The notes: generated from the letters alone by a model not told the origin. DNA of 64,000 nt from Candidatus Levyibacteriota bacterium (GCA_036788695.1 DAIQMY010000001.1:150792-214791), one strand, 5' to 3'; counted from the first letter of the stretch, positions 35,651 to 45,967 are shown. A program made the numbers and translations.

Positions 35651-36697
35651 ATGAAAAAAAAATTAACCGTTCTTACATCTTTAATAGGTATAGTGGTTAT
35701 CGCGGGATTTTTTTACCTTCAGAAAAATGAAAAAATGGTAAGTCCATTAGAAATGTTGAAGCCAACTCCAACCCCAAAACCTTTGCTTGTCTATACATTT
35801 AACAATCTTAGGAAAACGTCTTTTCTGAAAACACAAATCACCATGGGGAGAATAATTGATGAGACAGATGATTCTATCTCTCAAATGTTTTATTATAAAG
35901 TACCAACACGCCCTAGCTCTCAAAATGTAAAAACGGTAAGTGGGCTTGCAAACATACCCAAAAAACCTGGCGAGTACCCGGTAATTGTTATGTTGCGGGG
36001 ATTTGTACCTAGTGAATTATTTTTTTCTGGAGTAGGGACACAGCCTTCTGCGACTCAACTAGTGAAGAATGGGTACATAACACTTGCTCCTGATTTTTTA
36101 GGTTTTGGGGAATCAGATACATTTGCGTCTGACTCATTTGAGAATAGGTTCCAAACATACACAACTACGCTTTCACTTTTTTCATCTATTCCCACATTGA
36201 ATGAAGGGTTATCCGCAAGTTATTCTGGAACTATTACGGCAGATACTACAAAGATAGGATTATGGGGGCATAGTAATGGGGGGCATATAGCTCTCTCAAC
36301 ACTTGCCATAAGTGGAGCAAAATACCCTACTGTTTTATGGGCACCTGTTTCAAAATCATTTCCGTATTCAATTTTATACTACACGGATGAATCAGATGAT
36401 CAAGGTAAAACATTACGATGGGTTTTAGCTCAATTTGAAAAAGCATATGACACTTATGATTTTTCTCCTGAAAGATACTACCAATGGATTAAGGCACCAA
36501 TTCTTATAAATCAAGGGGGGGCAGATCAGGAAGTTCCATATTGGTGGAGTGATGAGCTTATGGAAGATTTAAAAGAAAAAAAAGTAGACGCTGTTGCAAC
36601 GATATATCCTGGAGCGGATCACAACATGCGACCCCTAGAAGCTTGGAATCAGGCAGTTGGAGCAACTATAGAGTTTTATAATACTCACTTAAAATAA
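35651..36697 (+). CDS. Secreted alpha/beta-hydrolase-fold enzyme (esterase or peptidase-like)
   Basis: Signal peptide. Nucleophile elbow GLWGHSNGGHIA (G-H-S-x-G) and a downstream Asp/His-containing region (GADHNM). Confidence 0.65.
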   Translation: MKKKLTVLTSLIGIVVIAGFFYLQKNEKMVSPLEMLKPTPTPKPLLVYTFNNLRKTSFLKTQITMGRIIDETDDSISQMFYYKVPTRPSSQNVKTVSGLANIPKKPGEYPVIVMLRGFVPSELFFSGVGTQPSATQLVKNGYITLAPDFLGFGESDTFASDSFENRFQTYTTTLSLFSSIPTLNEGLSASYSGTITADTTKIGLWGHSNGGHIALSTLAISGAKYPTVLWAPVSKSFPYSILYYTDESDDQGKTLRWVLAQFEKAYDTYDFSPERYYQWIKAPILINQGGADQEVPYWWSDELMEDLKEKKVDAVATIYPGADHNMRPLEAWNQAVGATIEFYNTHLK

Positions 36698-36784
36698 AAG
36701 AATTTGAATTATTTAGTCTAGGTAGTTATAATCCTTTCATGGTAAGAAAAGAAGATAAATTAAGTGGATTGGTAGCTAATTTCC

Positions 36785-37294
36785 ATGAGTAAGATGATTG
36801 AAAGAGTTACATTAAGATTTGAAACAAAGAGAAAAGAGCAGCATGAAAAGGGGGAAGGTGATTTAGCTAAGACATGGGGGAAACTAATGAAGGATAAGAA
36901 ACAAGAAGCAGGAGATCTCCCTTCCCGTTTTGCATTTAAATACTCTTCGGCAACGGAACGGTCTTATTATACTTTTGTAGAGCATGATAACACAAAGCTA
37001 GTATTTGATGACATTGATAGAGATCAAAATACTGGAGTAAGACAGTGTGTTGTTTTACATGATGGGGACGTTACTCTTTTAGCTACAGTTAAGCCGGTAG
37101 GTTGGGATGGAAGAGATAAGCATAGGTGGGAAGTCGTTGCTGATAGTCAGTTACAAAAGCTACTTCTTGAAAGCATTTATGGAAGTTTTAAAAATGCACC
37201 AGTTTTTGACCCAAAAGGAAAATTTCCCTGGAAAGGACTTTATCCAGATACCACAGAAGTTTTAAAAATATTACGCTCTGAAGGTAAGATGTAA
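36785..37294 (+). CDS. Hypothetical protein (169 aa)
   Basis: ORF with ATG start. No recognisable motif. Confidence 0.35.
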   Translation: MSKMIERVTLRFETKRKEQHEKGEGDLAKTWGKLMKDKKQEAGDLPSRFAFKYSSATERSYYTFVEHDNTKLVFDDIDRDQNTGVRQCVVLHDGDVTLLATVKPVGWDGRDKHRWEVVADSQLQKLLLESIYGSFKNAPVFDPKGKFPWKGLYPDTTEVLKILRSEGKM

Positions 37295-37489
37295 GTTATA
37301 GATTGTAAGATGAGCACAATCTGGATAAGAGTAGTTGGGACTACTTTTTTTTATCTTTCTTCTGCTTTTTTTTCTCCTTTTTTGCGTGAGAATGTCTTTC
37401 AGCCATATATTAATAGTAGACGAGTCTTTTACAAAATTCAAGAGACATATTCTGCCCACCCTATGGAAATAAAAAAAGCACCTAAAAGT

Positions 37490-38332
37490 CTACTTAATCT
37501 TCTGGGCTTTTATAACTACATTATTTACTTCCCACCTATTGGTAAAGATTTTAGCTAAAAGCTTTTTAAAAGTATAAAATGTTTTAAAAGCATGAAATGT
37601 ATGTACTTCTAAAATTTTAAACCCACTTATTTCAAGCTCCATTTTTAAAATATCAATAGAGTAGTCTCTTACGTGCCCACTTAGATTTATTTTGTTTTTA
37701 CGAAGGTGCTCGTTTAATGGAGTTGAGATTAAGAATATTCCATGAGGGTTTAGACTTTTATTAACATCGCTTAAAAAAATGAGTATTTTTTTTGGGGAGA
37801 TATGTTCAAGCACTTCAATTGCTAGAATCACATCAAATTTACTTTTATTAAATATTCTTGACATGTTAAGAATGTCGCCCACAACAAAGTGACCCTTAAA
37901 TTTTTTCCTTGCCCTATCAACTACAGTTTTTGAGATATCAAGTCCAAACATATTTATCTTTTTTCCTTTTTTCTTTGCTAATTCTTCGAGATACCCCTGT
38001 CCAAAACCAAGATCAAGAAAGGGACCTTCTGTTTGTGGGAGTAAAGAGAATATTTTGTATATTTTATCTTTTGTCATTCGATCCTGATCGCTAAAGGAAA
38101 GCTCTTTTTTAAAATGGTTATTCCAAAAAAGTCCAGAATTTCTATTCGGGATTTCTTTAAGTTTTTTTTCATACAACTTCTTAAAAATATCCCGATTTTT
38201 ATCAGAAGCTGCAAGTTTTCTTGCGTCTTCAACTATAAAAGGGTTCTTGTTGCATTCTGAACAAAGCAATTCATTTTTTGTTTTTTGTTTGCAAAAATAA
38301 CAGAGAAAATTCACTTGACTTTTATTATCCAT
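37490..38332 (-). CDS. Class I SAM-dependent methyltransferase with an N-terminal Cys4 zinc ribbon
   Basis: CYFCKQ...CSEC zinc ribbon. Motif I FLDLGFGQGYL, and motif-II/III-like DVILAIEVLEHI. Confidence 0.65.
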   Translation of the reverse strand: MDNKSQVNFLCYFCKQKTKNELLCSECNKNPFIVEDARKLAASDKNRDIFKKLYEKKLKEIPNRNSGLFWNNHFKKELSFSDQDRMTKDKIYKIFSLLPQTEGPFLDLGFGQGYLEELAKKKGKKINMFGLDISKTVVDRARKKFKGHFVVGDILNMSRIFNKSKFDVILAIEVLEHISPKKILIFLSDVNKSLNPHGIFLISTPLNEHLRKNKINLSGHVRDYSIDILKMELEISGFKILEVHTFHAFKTFYTFKKLLAKIFTNRWEVNNVVIKAQKIK

Positions 38333-38350
38333 TTTTTCTAATAATATACT

Positions 38351-40552
38351 ATGCTTAGAATAGCGTTCTTGCTACGAGTTATTTTACCAGTAATCGTACT
38401 ATTTTCGTACTGCTATTTTTATGTAAATAATACCTACGCTAGCGATTTTTCGAACGACCCTTGGGTTAATTCTCCTATTGCTCTTAACGTCGGGCTAGCA
38501 AGTCATAATTTATTTACATTTGGGAACAAAATATACGTATTAGGAGGAGCAAACACAGACGATTATAACTCTGTGTATTCAACGGTTAGTAATAATGATG
38601 GATCAATTTCAAATTTGAGTTTTGTGAATAATCTTCCAGAGACAAGGTATTGGTCAGCTTTGGCAAAAACAAATAAAAAAGTATATCTTCTTGGAGGAGC
38701 GAAATTTGATGCAGGCGAATATTTTAAGGACACTGTTTATGGTGCTAATATTTTGGATGGTGGAGGAATTTCCACTTGGGATGCATTGGAACCTTTACCA
38801 ATTCCACTCGGGCAAGGAGGGTCAACGGTAGTAGGGAATTGGATATATTACTTAGGTGGGAAAAATAGTGACAGCGTTAAAGATAAAGTCTATTACTCTC
38901 ATATTAATGAAGATGGAAGTATTGAGAATTGGAATACTAGTCTTGTCAGCCTTCCTCATCCTATGACTGGAATGGGAGTAGTATCCTACAAGAATAATAT
39001 TATTGTGGTAGGGGGTGTTGTTTCCGGTATGGTGACAAACAAAGTATATAAGGCAGCAGTTGATCCTGCAAACGGCACTATCTCTGAATGGCAAGAGCTC
39101 ACGGATTTACCATCTCTTTTCAATGGAACAAATCAAGCAATCGTTGTAGAAAATAAATTAATAACAGTAGGGGGTGGGGATAGTAACGGTCCCACAGATA
39201 AAGTCCTATATACAACTATTAATCCTGATGGAACTATTCAGGATTGGGTGGAAAGCGCTAATGTTTTGCCTCAGCCAGTAGGGGGAGGAGCAATAGGATA
39301 TGTAGATGGTTATTTATATAGTATAGGCGGATATAATAATGGATATTTAAATAATGTCTATTACAGTAAGATCAGTATAGATAAAGTCTTAGACGTTCCT
39401 TTATTAAAACAGACCGATCCTTTTTGGGGGGACTTAGTGTATGATTCAGCAAATGTTTGGTCGCCACAGGATCCATCAATTGCTAGCTGGGGATGCGCTT
39501 TAACGTCTGCCGCCATGATCTTTAATTATCATGGCATTACTACCTTACCAAATGATCTCCCTCTTACTCCAAAGAGGTTGAATGAATGGTTAAAGAGTGA
39601 GGCTGATGGGTATGTTGGGAGCGGACTTGTTAACTGGCTTGCGTTATCTAGGCTGTCTAGAGAGGCTAAAGATAAAAACCCCAATTTCTCATACGATGCG
39701 TTGGAATATACTAGAACCGGATTTAATTCAATAACCCTGAAAGATGATTTGAAAAACAACCTCCCTTTAATTTTAGAGGTGCCGGAGCATTTTATTGTAG
39801 CGCAAGGAAGTACGAATGATACATTTTATATAAATGATCCGTATTACTCAAAAACATTACTTTCAGACTACGGTAATACCGCACTCTCAATGGGTAAATT
39901 TACTCCCTCAAATACTGATCTTTCCTACGTTATGTTAGTTGTAGATGATGGAGTAAATCTTTCTGTTTTTCAAAAATTCGGACCCTTAAGTATTCCTGTT
40001 GGATCAGGATTCCTTCAGCAACCACTAGTAAAAGAGGAGGGAACTGAAAAAAGTGGACCTCCTATGAATTTTCACTATATCCCAAAACCAACAGATGGTG
40101 GAGATTTTTTAGTAAATGTTTCTTCAAATATGACAAAACCATATACCCTCAAAGCCTACTTTTATGACATAAACGGAAACGTAAGGATAGAAACTATAAA
40201 AGGAATTGCAGGGGGTGATGTTCCAGAAAGTTATATAATATTATTTAATAAACAAAACCTTGAGAGTTCTACAATTTCCAAAAAATACTCATTCGATTCG
40301 TTAATTGCAGATTTAGACAGATTCTATAAAGATAAACAGATTACAAATACAAAAATATATAAAGCTTTGAGGTTAGATGTTGTTGAGGCAAAGAAGCTTT
40401 CTGTTAAACAAAAGAAATTATCCAGAGCACTTTTAGGCACATTTATTATTATGCTTGATACAAGTCATAAACTTTTCATAAAGAAAGATGCGTATCAAGT
40501 GCTCAGACCGCAGGCAGTTTTTCTCTATAACTCACTAAAAACTACAAATTAA
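38351..40552 (+). CDS. Secreted Kelch-repeat beta-propeller protein fused to a C39-like papain-fold cysteine peptidase/transglutaminase-like domain
   Basis: Repeated Kelch-like blocks (IYVLGGANTDD, VYLLGGAKFDAGEY, WIYYLGGKN, IIVVGGVVSG, LITVGGGDSNG, YLYSIGGYNNG). Downstream WSPQDPSIASWGCALTSAAMIFNYHG resembles the C39-family catalytic Cys region. Confidence 0.5.
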   Translation: MLRIAFLLRVILPVIVLFSYCYFYVNNTYASDFSNDPWVNSPIALNVGLASHNLFTFGNKIYVLGGANTDDYNSVYSTVSNNDGSISNLSFVNNLPETRYWSALAKTNKKVYLLGGAKFDAGEYFKDTVYGANILDGGGISTWDALEPLPIPLGQGGSTVVGNWIYYLGGKNSDSVKDKVYYSHINEDGSIENWNTSLVSLPHPMTGMGVVSYKNNIIVVGGVVSGMVTNKVYKAAVDPANGTISEWQELTDLPSLFNGTNQAIVVENKLITVGGGDSNGPTDKVLYTTINPDGTIQDWVESANVLPQPVGGGAIGYVDGYLYSIGGYNNGYLNNVYYSKISIDKVLDVPLLKQTDPFWGDLVYDSANVWSPQDPSIASWGCALTSAAMIFNYHGITTLPNDLPLTPKRLNEWLKSEADGYVGSGLVNWLALSRLSREAKDKNPNFSYDALEYTRTGFNSITLKDDLKNNLPLILEVPEHFIVAQGSTNDTFYINDPYYSKTLLSDYGNTALSMGKFTPSNTDLSYVMLVVDDGVNLSVFQKFGPLSIPVGSGFLQQPLVKEEGTEKSGPPMNFHYIPKPTDGGDFLVNVSSNMTKPYTLKAYFYDINGNVRIETIKGIAGGDVPESYIILFNKQNLESSTISKKYSFDSLIADLDRFYKDKQITNTKIYKALRLDVVEAKKLSVKQKKLSRALLGTFIIMLDTSHKLFIKKDAYQVLRPQAVFLYNSLKTTN

Positions 40553-40613
40553 TTTTCCGATTTCAAAAGTATGGGTTGAAGAATGCTACAGTTCTCCTGC
40601 ATAATAGGAGAGT

Positions 40614-41435
40614 ATGGTAAGCTTAAAGGTTGTAAAAAGAAACGGAGATCTTGAGCCGTATAGTGAAGAAAAGGTGATTCATACCATGAACCGTGTAGGC
40701 GTCCCTCCTCAGATTCAACCAGATGTTCTGAATCATGTACGCGAGCAGTTTGCGGGGGATTATATTACAACAGATGAAATATTTAAGCACGTATTTGAAT
40801 ATCTAAAAAAAATTGATAAAAAGGCAAGCCTTCGGTTGAATTTAAGAAGAGCTATTACTGATTTAGGTCCAACAGGATTTCCATTTGAAAAATACCTCGC
40901 CCGCATCTTCCAGGATCAAGGTTATAAGACTACGGTAGACGCACACTTAAAGGGAGAATGTGTTAATCATGAGATAGACATTATTTTAGAGAAGGAAGGA
41001 AAGCGGGATATAGTTGAGGTAAAGTTTCATAATGATCTTCAGGGAAAAACAGATCTTCATGTAGCACTCTACACATATGCTCGATATTTAGATCTTAAAA
41101 CAAAGCACCAAATTGATAACGTTTGGGTTATTACAAATACAAAATTGAGTCAGGATGCAGTTATCTATGCGCAATGTAAAAAAATGAAGATTTTGGCATG
41201 GAATTATCCATCGGAAAATCACTTACAACACTTTGTGGAATCTCCCAAAATGTACCCGGTCACTATTCTTACAGACTTAACAAGAGAAGAAAAACTAAGA
41301 CTTATTGAGGATAATTTAGTATTATGTAGGGACCTTCTTGCATTATCAGAGCAAGAGGTGGAAAGCTTTCCTTTTATAAAGCGATCACATCTAATACGAG
41401 CGCGGGAAAACGCAAGGTTACTACTGAATACGTAA
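40614..41435 (+). CDS. ATP-cone domain fused to an Mrr-like PD-(D/E)xK restriction endonuclease domain
   Basis: N-terminal VVKRNGDLEPYSEEKVIHTMNRVG (ATP-cone). Downstream HEIDIILEKEGKRDIVEVKF (E/D...EVK nuclease core). Strong RBS ATAGGAGAG upstream. Confidence 0.55.
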   Translation: MVSLKVVKRNGDLEPYSEEKVIHTMNRVGVPPQIQPDVLNHVREQFAGDYITTDEIFKHVFEYLKKIDKKASLRLNLRRAITDLGPTGFPFEKYLARIFQDQGYKTTVDAHLKGECVNHEIDIILEKEGKRDIVEVKFHNDLQGKTDLHVALYTYARYLDLKTKHQIDNVWVITNTKLSQDAVIYAQCKKMKILAWNYPSENHLQHFVESPKMYPVTILTDLTREEKLRLIEDNLVLCRDLLALSEQEVESFPFIKRSHLIRARENARLLLNT

Positions 41436-41498
41436 TTGCTTATTTATGTATTTATCATTGACATAGACAGGCATTCATACTAGGATTAAATTAAGAAG

Positions 41499-41960
41499 AT
41501 GTTAAATTTTTTGAAGATATCATTTCCTTATGCTGTAGCTCATGCCCACTGTGATATTCCCTGTGGAATATACGACCCAAACGGTGCCCAGTTAGCGGCG
41601 CATACTGTGCTTAGGATGACACAGTTACTATCTGAGAAAACTGAGACCCATGACGTAGCAAGAATTACTCATGTTAAAGAGGAACATGGTGAGGCAATTG
41701 AAGAAGAGTTGGGTACGCTTGAAAATGATTATTTTAAACCAGAACACTTTGAGCAATTTCCGGAATTAAAAGGTCTTCTTTCTGATTCAGTGAAGTTATC
41801 TATTGAAACCCGGCAGCACATAGATATTCAAAAAGCTGAAGAGCTACTTGAGAAAGTCTTACAAATTTCAGAGATATTTTATAAAACAAAGAATGTAACT
41901 CCAGTAAGGGTTTCTTCTGTTTATCCAACAAAAGGAGAGATTGTAGCCTATACCGCATGA
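41499..41960 (+). CDS. sodN: Nickel-containing superoxide dismutase precursor (NiSOD)
   Basis: Leader MLNFLKISFPYAVAHA followed by HCDIPCGIYDP, the Ni-hook (His1, Cys2, Cys6 of the mature protein). Confidence 0.85.
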   Translation: MLNFLKISFPYAVAHAHCDIPCGIYDPNGAQLAAHTVLRMTQLLSEKTETHDVARITHVKEEHGEAIEEELGTLENDYFKPEHFEQFPELKGLLSDSVKLSIETRQHIDIQKAEELLEKVLQISEIFYKTKNVTPVRVSSVYPTKGEIVAYTA

Positions 41961-42241
41961 TTCTAGGTATCTTCAAAATAACAGGTCACAGTATGGAGCC
42001 TACGATTAAAAATGGTGATAGTGTTCTTGCGGTGGGCATGTTTTCCATCAAAAAAGGGGATGTGATTGTATTCCAGAATGACTCTAAATATTTTGTAAAG
42101 CGGGTAGCCGCAATAATTGGGGATAAGGTGAAAGTTTTAGGAGATAACCCGGAAGATAGTTTTGACAGCCGTAATTTTGGAGAAATTGAAAAAGATGTTA
42201 TTATTGGGAAAGTAATAAAAAAATTTAAATGGTTTTTTTAA
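41957..42241 (+). CDS. sodX: NiSOD maturation peptidase SodX (S24/S26 signal-peptidase-like)
   Basis: GHSMEPTIKNGDSVL catalytic Ser motif. Overlaps the sodN stop (ATGA). Confidence 0.75.
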   Translation: MILGIFKITGHSMEPTIKNGDSVLAVGMFSIKKGDVIVFQNDSKYFVKRVAAIIGDKVKVLGDNPEDSFDSRNFGEIEKDVIIGKVIKKFKWFF

Positions 42242-42741
42242 TAGCATTTATACTCATCGTTATCTTGCTCCTCTTGCTTTCGGCAGTTTGGCCGCCGGAT
42301 TCACCTTGGAGTCCATGGTGGAAAACATACAAAAAAGCAGGACTTGCCGCGATTAGGCTTGCAGATATAACATCAAAAGATAAAGTATATGAATTAGGTT
42401 CAGGGGACGCAGAATTTTTGCTTCTCGTGGCAAAAGAAACTGGTGCTGCTTGCGTAGGTATTGAGATTGACCCGCTTCGTCACATAGTAGCCTTGTTCAG
42501 GGTGAGGATGAATGGTCTAGGATCATACATTACGCTCAAGAAAAAATCTTTTTACCATGAAGATATTTCTTCTGCTACTGTGATTTATATGTATCTCATA
42601 CCAAGAGTTCTTAAAAAGATTACTCCAAAGCTGCAAAAGGAACTAAAAAAAGAAACACGCATTATTTCTTATAAATACAAGATGGATCTACCACTTATAA
42701 AAGAAGATAAGAATCGTAAGCTGTATATGTACCACATATGA
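42229..42741 (+). CDS. Small membrane-anchored class I SAM-dependent methyltransferase-like protein
   Basis: N-terminal TM, then VYELGSGDAEFLLLVAKETGAACVGIEID (motif I-like). Confidence 0.45.
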   Translation: MVFLIAFILIVILLLLLSAVWPPDSPWSPWWKTYKKAGLAAIRLADITSKDKVYELGSGDAEFLLLVAKETGAACVGIEIDPLRHIVALFRVRMNGLGSYITLKKKSFYHEDISSATVIYMYLIPRVLKKITPKLQKELKKETRIISYKYKMDLPLIKEDKNRKLYMYHI

Positions 42742-42774
42742 TTTGCGTAAAGGTGCTATACTATTAGAGTTATT

Positions 42775-43041
42775 ATGGAATCGCCCCGATGTCAGAGTTG
42801 TGGGCAACCACTCTCTATTACTAACTTCGGTACAAATGCAAGTGGTACTTATAATGAAGAGTACTGTAGTATGTGTTTTCAGAAAGGACAGTTTACGGAT
42901 TCGGACATCACGCTTTCCCAAATGATGCAAATATCCGTGAATCATATGGTAAATGCGCTTCACATGAATGAGAATGAAGCAAGAAGTACTGTTTTAGAAG
43001 TAATACCAAAACTTAAAAGATGGAAAAATGTGAGAACTTAA
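42775..43041 (+). CDS. Zinc-ribbon domain protein (88 aa)
   Basis: CQSCGQ...CSMC pairs. Confidence 0.4.
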   Translation: MESPRCQSCGQPLSITNFGTNASGTYNEEYCSMCFQKGQFTDSDITLSQMMQISVNHMVNALHMNENEARSTVLEVIPKLKRWKNVRT

Positions 43042-44081
43042 AGTTTCTTTTTAAGGCTTAAAAGACTCCATCTTACTTTATCTGCAACTTTAATAAATTC
43101 ATACATTACTGGGTTTATTATCAGGTCATAACTTCCTACGTATTCTGTAAGAGTTGCGCCGTATCCTTGTTTGAATTTGTGGAAGCCATACCATGGATCT
43201 TTTGTGTTGGGATCAGGGTTTAGTGCGCCCCACATATCAAACTTTTTCAATTTTTCTTTTTTCCCAAAACGGATTGCTTCCCACATTATTAAATTGTTTG
43301 CCATCATTTCCCTGTGTTCCCTGGAAGACGCGCCATAGGGATAGTAAAGAGTATCATGAAACGAGAAAAGTACCCAAGAAGTCAGTATCTTTTCAGTTTC
43401 ATCAACGTTGACTGATGCATGGAACAGGTGGTATGAAAGTGCGGAGGTTTTTTTAGATAATTCTTCCCAGAGTTTTCTGTGATAAGAACGTGTATGAGCA
43501 TAAAATTTTTGTCGTGTAGTTGTTTCTTCATATAGTTTTAAAAATGATAAAAATCCTTTCTCTGAGTTGTCCTCTTTAATTTCTACATTATGCTTTAGGG
43601 CAATTTTTATATTGTAGCGGGTCTTTGGATGCATACCTGATAGAAGGCTTTCTTCTCCAGGAGTTAAATCTAGAACAAATGAATACTTAGTGAAGAGTGG
43701 GCGGAAGGAGTATTTTAGTGGGATATTTTCATTTAGTATCAATTGTTCAATTTCAAACGTACCGGCTGAGGCAGTAATATTTGGTTCAAGTTGTATGTAT
43801 ATACAATTATGTTTTTTTGCCTGCTCAGCAATATCTGCTAGAAGTTTAGTATTTGGAAGATTTCCCTTTGGAAGATAGCCAATAGTATATGGTAATTTCG
43901 GAATTTTGTGAATAGTCATGGTGTAGCAATTTGTAATATTTTTCTTTTCCCCAATTTCGCCACGTCTTACAATTTTGACCCCAGTACTTTTCCTAAATTC
44001 ACCCCATTCATATGACTGAAGAGGGTGTGTAACTGCCTTATTATATTCCTCTTTATAATTGTTTGTGATATCTGTAAACAT
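43038..44081 (-). CDS. FemAB-family peptidoglycan interpeptide-bridge aminoacyltransferase candidate
   Basis: N-terminal LQSYEWGEFRKSTG resembles the FemAB N-terminus (SWEWGEF). Length and alpha/beta pattern are consistent. Confidence 0.55.
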   Translation of the reverse strand: MFTDITNNYKEEYNKAVTHPLQSYEWGEFRKSTGVKIVRRGEIGEKKNITNCYTMTIHKIPKLPYTIGYLPKGNLPNTKLLADIAEQAKKHNCIYIQLEPNITASAGTFEIEQLILNENIPLKYSFRPLFTKYSFVLDLTPGEESLLSGMHPKTRYNIKIALKHNVEIKEDNSEKGFLSFLKLYEETTTRQKFYAHTRSYHRKLWEELSKKTSALSYHLFHASVNVDETEKILTSWVLFSFHDTLYYPYGASSREHREMMANNLIMWEAIRFGKKEKLKKFDMWGALNPDPNTKDPWYGFHKFKQGYGATLTEYVGSYDLIINPVMYEFIKVADKVRWSLLSLKKKL

Positions 44082-44113
44082 ACAAAATTGGTACTGATTA
44101 TAAGTATGTACCT

Positions 44114-45967
44114 TTATAAAAATGGTGGTGCACCGTTTTCAATTATCTCTGTATTATTATCTAATACTTCTTGCGGTAATTCAAAGATGAATCTTGAAAC
44201 AGAATTTGTTACTCTCTGTCCAAAGAAAAGTCTTCTTCTGGCAAATGTTAAATAAAGCTTTTCTTTAGCACGTGTAATTCCTACATATGCAAGTCTTCTC
44301 TCTTCCTCAATGCTTTCTGATTCTAAAATTGATTGTGCGTGAGGAAATAACCCTTCTTCCATTCCAATTAAGAAAACCATTTTAAACTCTAAACCTTTTG
44401 CTGCGTGGATTGTCATTAAGGTGATTGCGTTTTTTTCCGCATTTTTGTCTTTCGTTTCCGGAACGTACTCTTGCTCAACTAGTGCAATATTCTCTAAAAA
44501 GTCAACTACGTTTGGAAATTCTATAGCAACTGATCGTAATTCTTTTATGTTCTCAAGTCTACTTCTGTCTTCCGGATCATTCTCATCATACATCTTTAAA
44601 TAATTTGTATGAGATAAAACTTCATCCAATATATCAATAGTTGGAGCATCATGTATTTTCCCAAGTGCTATAGATTTTTCAAGATATGCAGTAAAAAGAC
44701 TCAGTCTTTTTTTCCCAAGTTTTTCAATTCTTTTATATGCGACCTTATCCTTCTGATTTACAAGAAATGATAGAAATGAAATTGCATCTTTTACTTCTTT
44801 TCTTGAATAAAACCTTGTTCCGCCTACTAAAACGTAAGGGATACTGTGATGAAGAAAAGTTTCCTCAAGTGCACGGGACTGCGCATTTGTTCTGTATAAA
44901 ACTGCCACGTCTTTTAGATGAAACGATGTATCATGTGACCTTTTTTGTAGTACTTTTTGAATGATAAATTCGGCTTCATTGTGTTCACTATCTGCTAGAA
45001 ACAACTCTATGTTTTCCCCAACTTTTTTATCAGTCCAGAGTGATAAAACTGGATGGGTGGTATTATGTGATATAACTGAAAATGCTGCGTCTAGAATCGG
45101 TTGTGTTGATCTATAATTTTGCGACAAGGATAACTCTTTAGTTTCAGGAAAATCTATCTTAAATTTTTCTAAATTTTTGTAGTCTGCTCCTCTAAATGAA
45201 TAAATACTTTGTGAAAAATCTCCTACTATGCATATATTTCTATGTTTTCCTGACAAGAATTTAGTTAATAGATATTGTGCAGGATTTGTGTCTTGATATT
45301 CATCAACTAATATATATGAAAATTGATTTTGGAAAATGGACAGAATATCAGAGTTGCTTTTGAATAATTCAATTGTTTTAAGCATTAAATCATCAAAATC
45401 TACCGCATCTTGTTCTTGAAGTAATTTTTGATAGACACTATATACCGCAGCGACTCCTTTTTGAAAATTTCCCCGTGCTATTGATGCATAGGTTTCAGGG
45501 TCAATCATTTGGTTTTTTGCATCAGAGATGGTATGAAGCGCACTTTTTGGTTTTATGTCTTTTGGGGAAAAATCCAATATTTCAAAGGCTTGTTTAACCA
45601 CATCTAACTGATCTTCAGTATCATATATACGAAAGGAATGTGATAAAGAAACATGGTTGCCATATTTTCTGAGTATTCTTGCGCACAGAGAGTGAAAAGT
45701 TCCAACAATTGGCAGCTCACTATTTTGTAAATGATAAGCCATGGCGGACTTTATTCGTTCTTTCATTTCGGACGCAGCTTTATTTGTGAAAGTAACCATG
45801 AGAATGTTTTCACCCTTGATATGTTTCTCCTGCATAAGATAGAGAACTTTATGAATGAGAACCCGCGTCTTTCCGGACCCAGCACCTGCTAGCACTATGA
45901 GTGGTCCGTCAGTTGTAGTGACTGCATTTCTTTGTTCGGAGTTTAATGTATTGAGAATGTCTTGCAT
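44114..45967 (-). CDS. pcrA: UvrD/PcrA/Rep-family ATP-dependent DNA helicase
   Basis: LNSEQRNAV, Walker A AGAGSGKTRVL, and a series of SF1 helicase motifs (VDEYQDTN, TFHS, TIHAAKGLEF, VGITRAK). Confidence 0.85.
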   Translation of the reverse strand: MQDILNTLNSEQRNAVTTTDGPLIVLAGAGSGKTRVLIHKVLYLMQEKHIKGENILMVTFTNKAASEMKERIKSAMAYHLQNSELPIVGTFHSLCARILRKYGNHVSLSHSFRIYDTEDQLDVVKQAFEILDFSPKDIKPKSALHTISDAKNQMIDPETYASIARGNFQKGVAAVYSVYQKLLQEQDAVDFDDLMLKTIELFKSNSDILSIFQNQFSYILVDEYQDTNPAQYLLTKFLSGKHRNICIVGDFSQSIYSFRGADYKNLEKFKIDFPETKELSLSQNYRSTQPILDAAFSVISHNTTHPVLSLWTDKKVGENIELFLADSEHNEAEFIIQKVLQKRSHDTSFHLKDVAVLYRTNAQSRALEETFLHHSIPYVLVGGTRFYSRKEVKDAISFLSFLVNQKDKVAYKRIEKLGKKRLSLFTAYLEKSIALGKIHDAPTIDILDEVLSHTNYLKMYDENDPEDRSRLENIKELRSVAIEFPNVVDFLENIALVEQEYVPETKDKNAEKNAITLMTIHAAKGLEFKMVFLIGMEEGLFPHAQSILESESIEEERRLAYVGITRAKEKLYLTFARRRLFFGQRVTNSVSRFIFELPQEVLDNNTEIIENGAPPFL

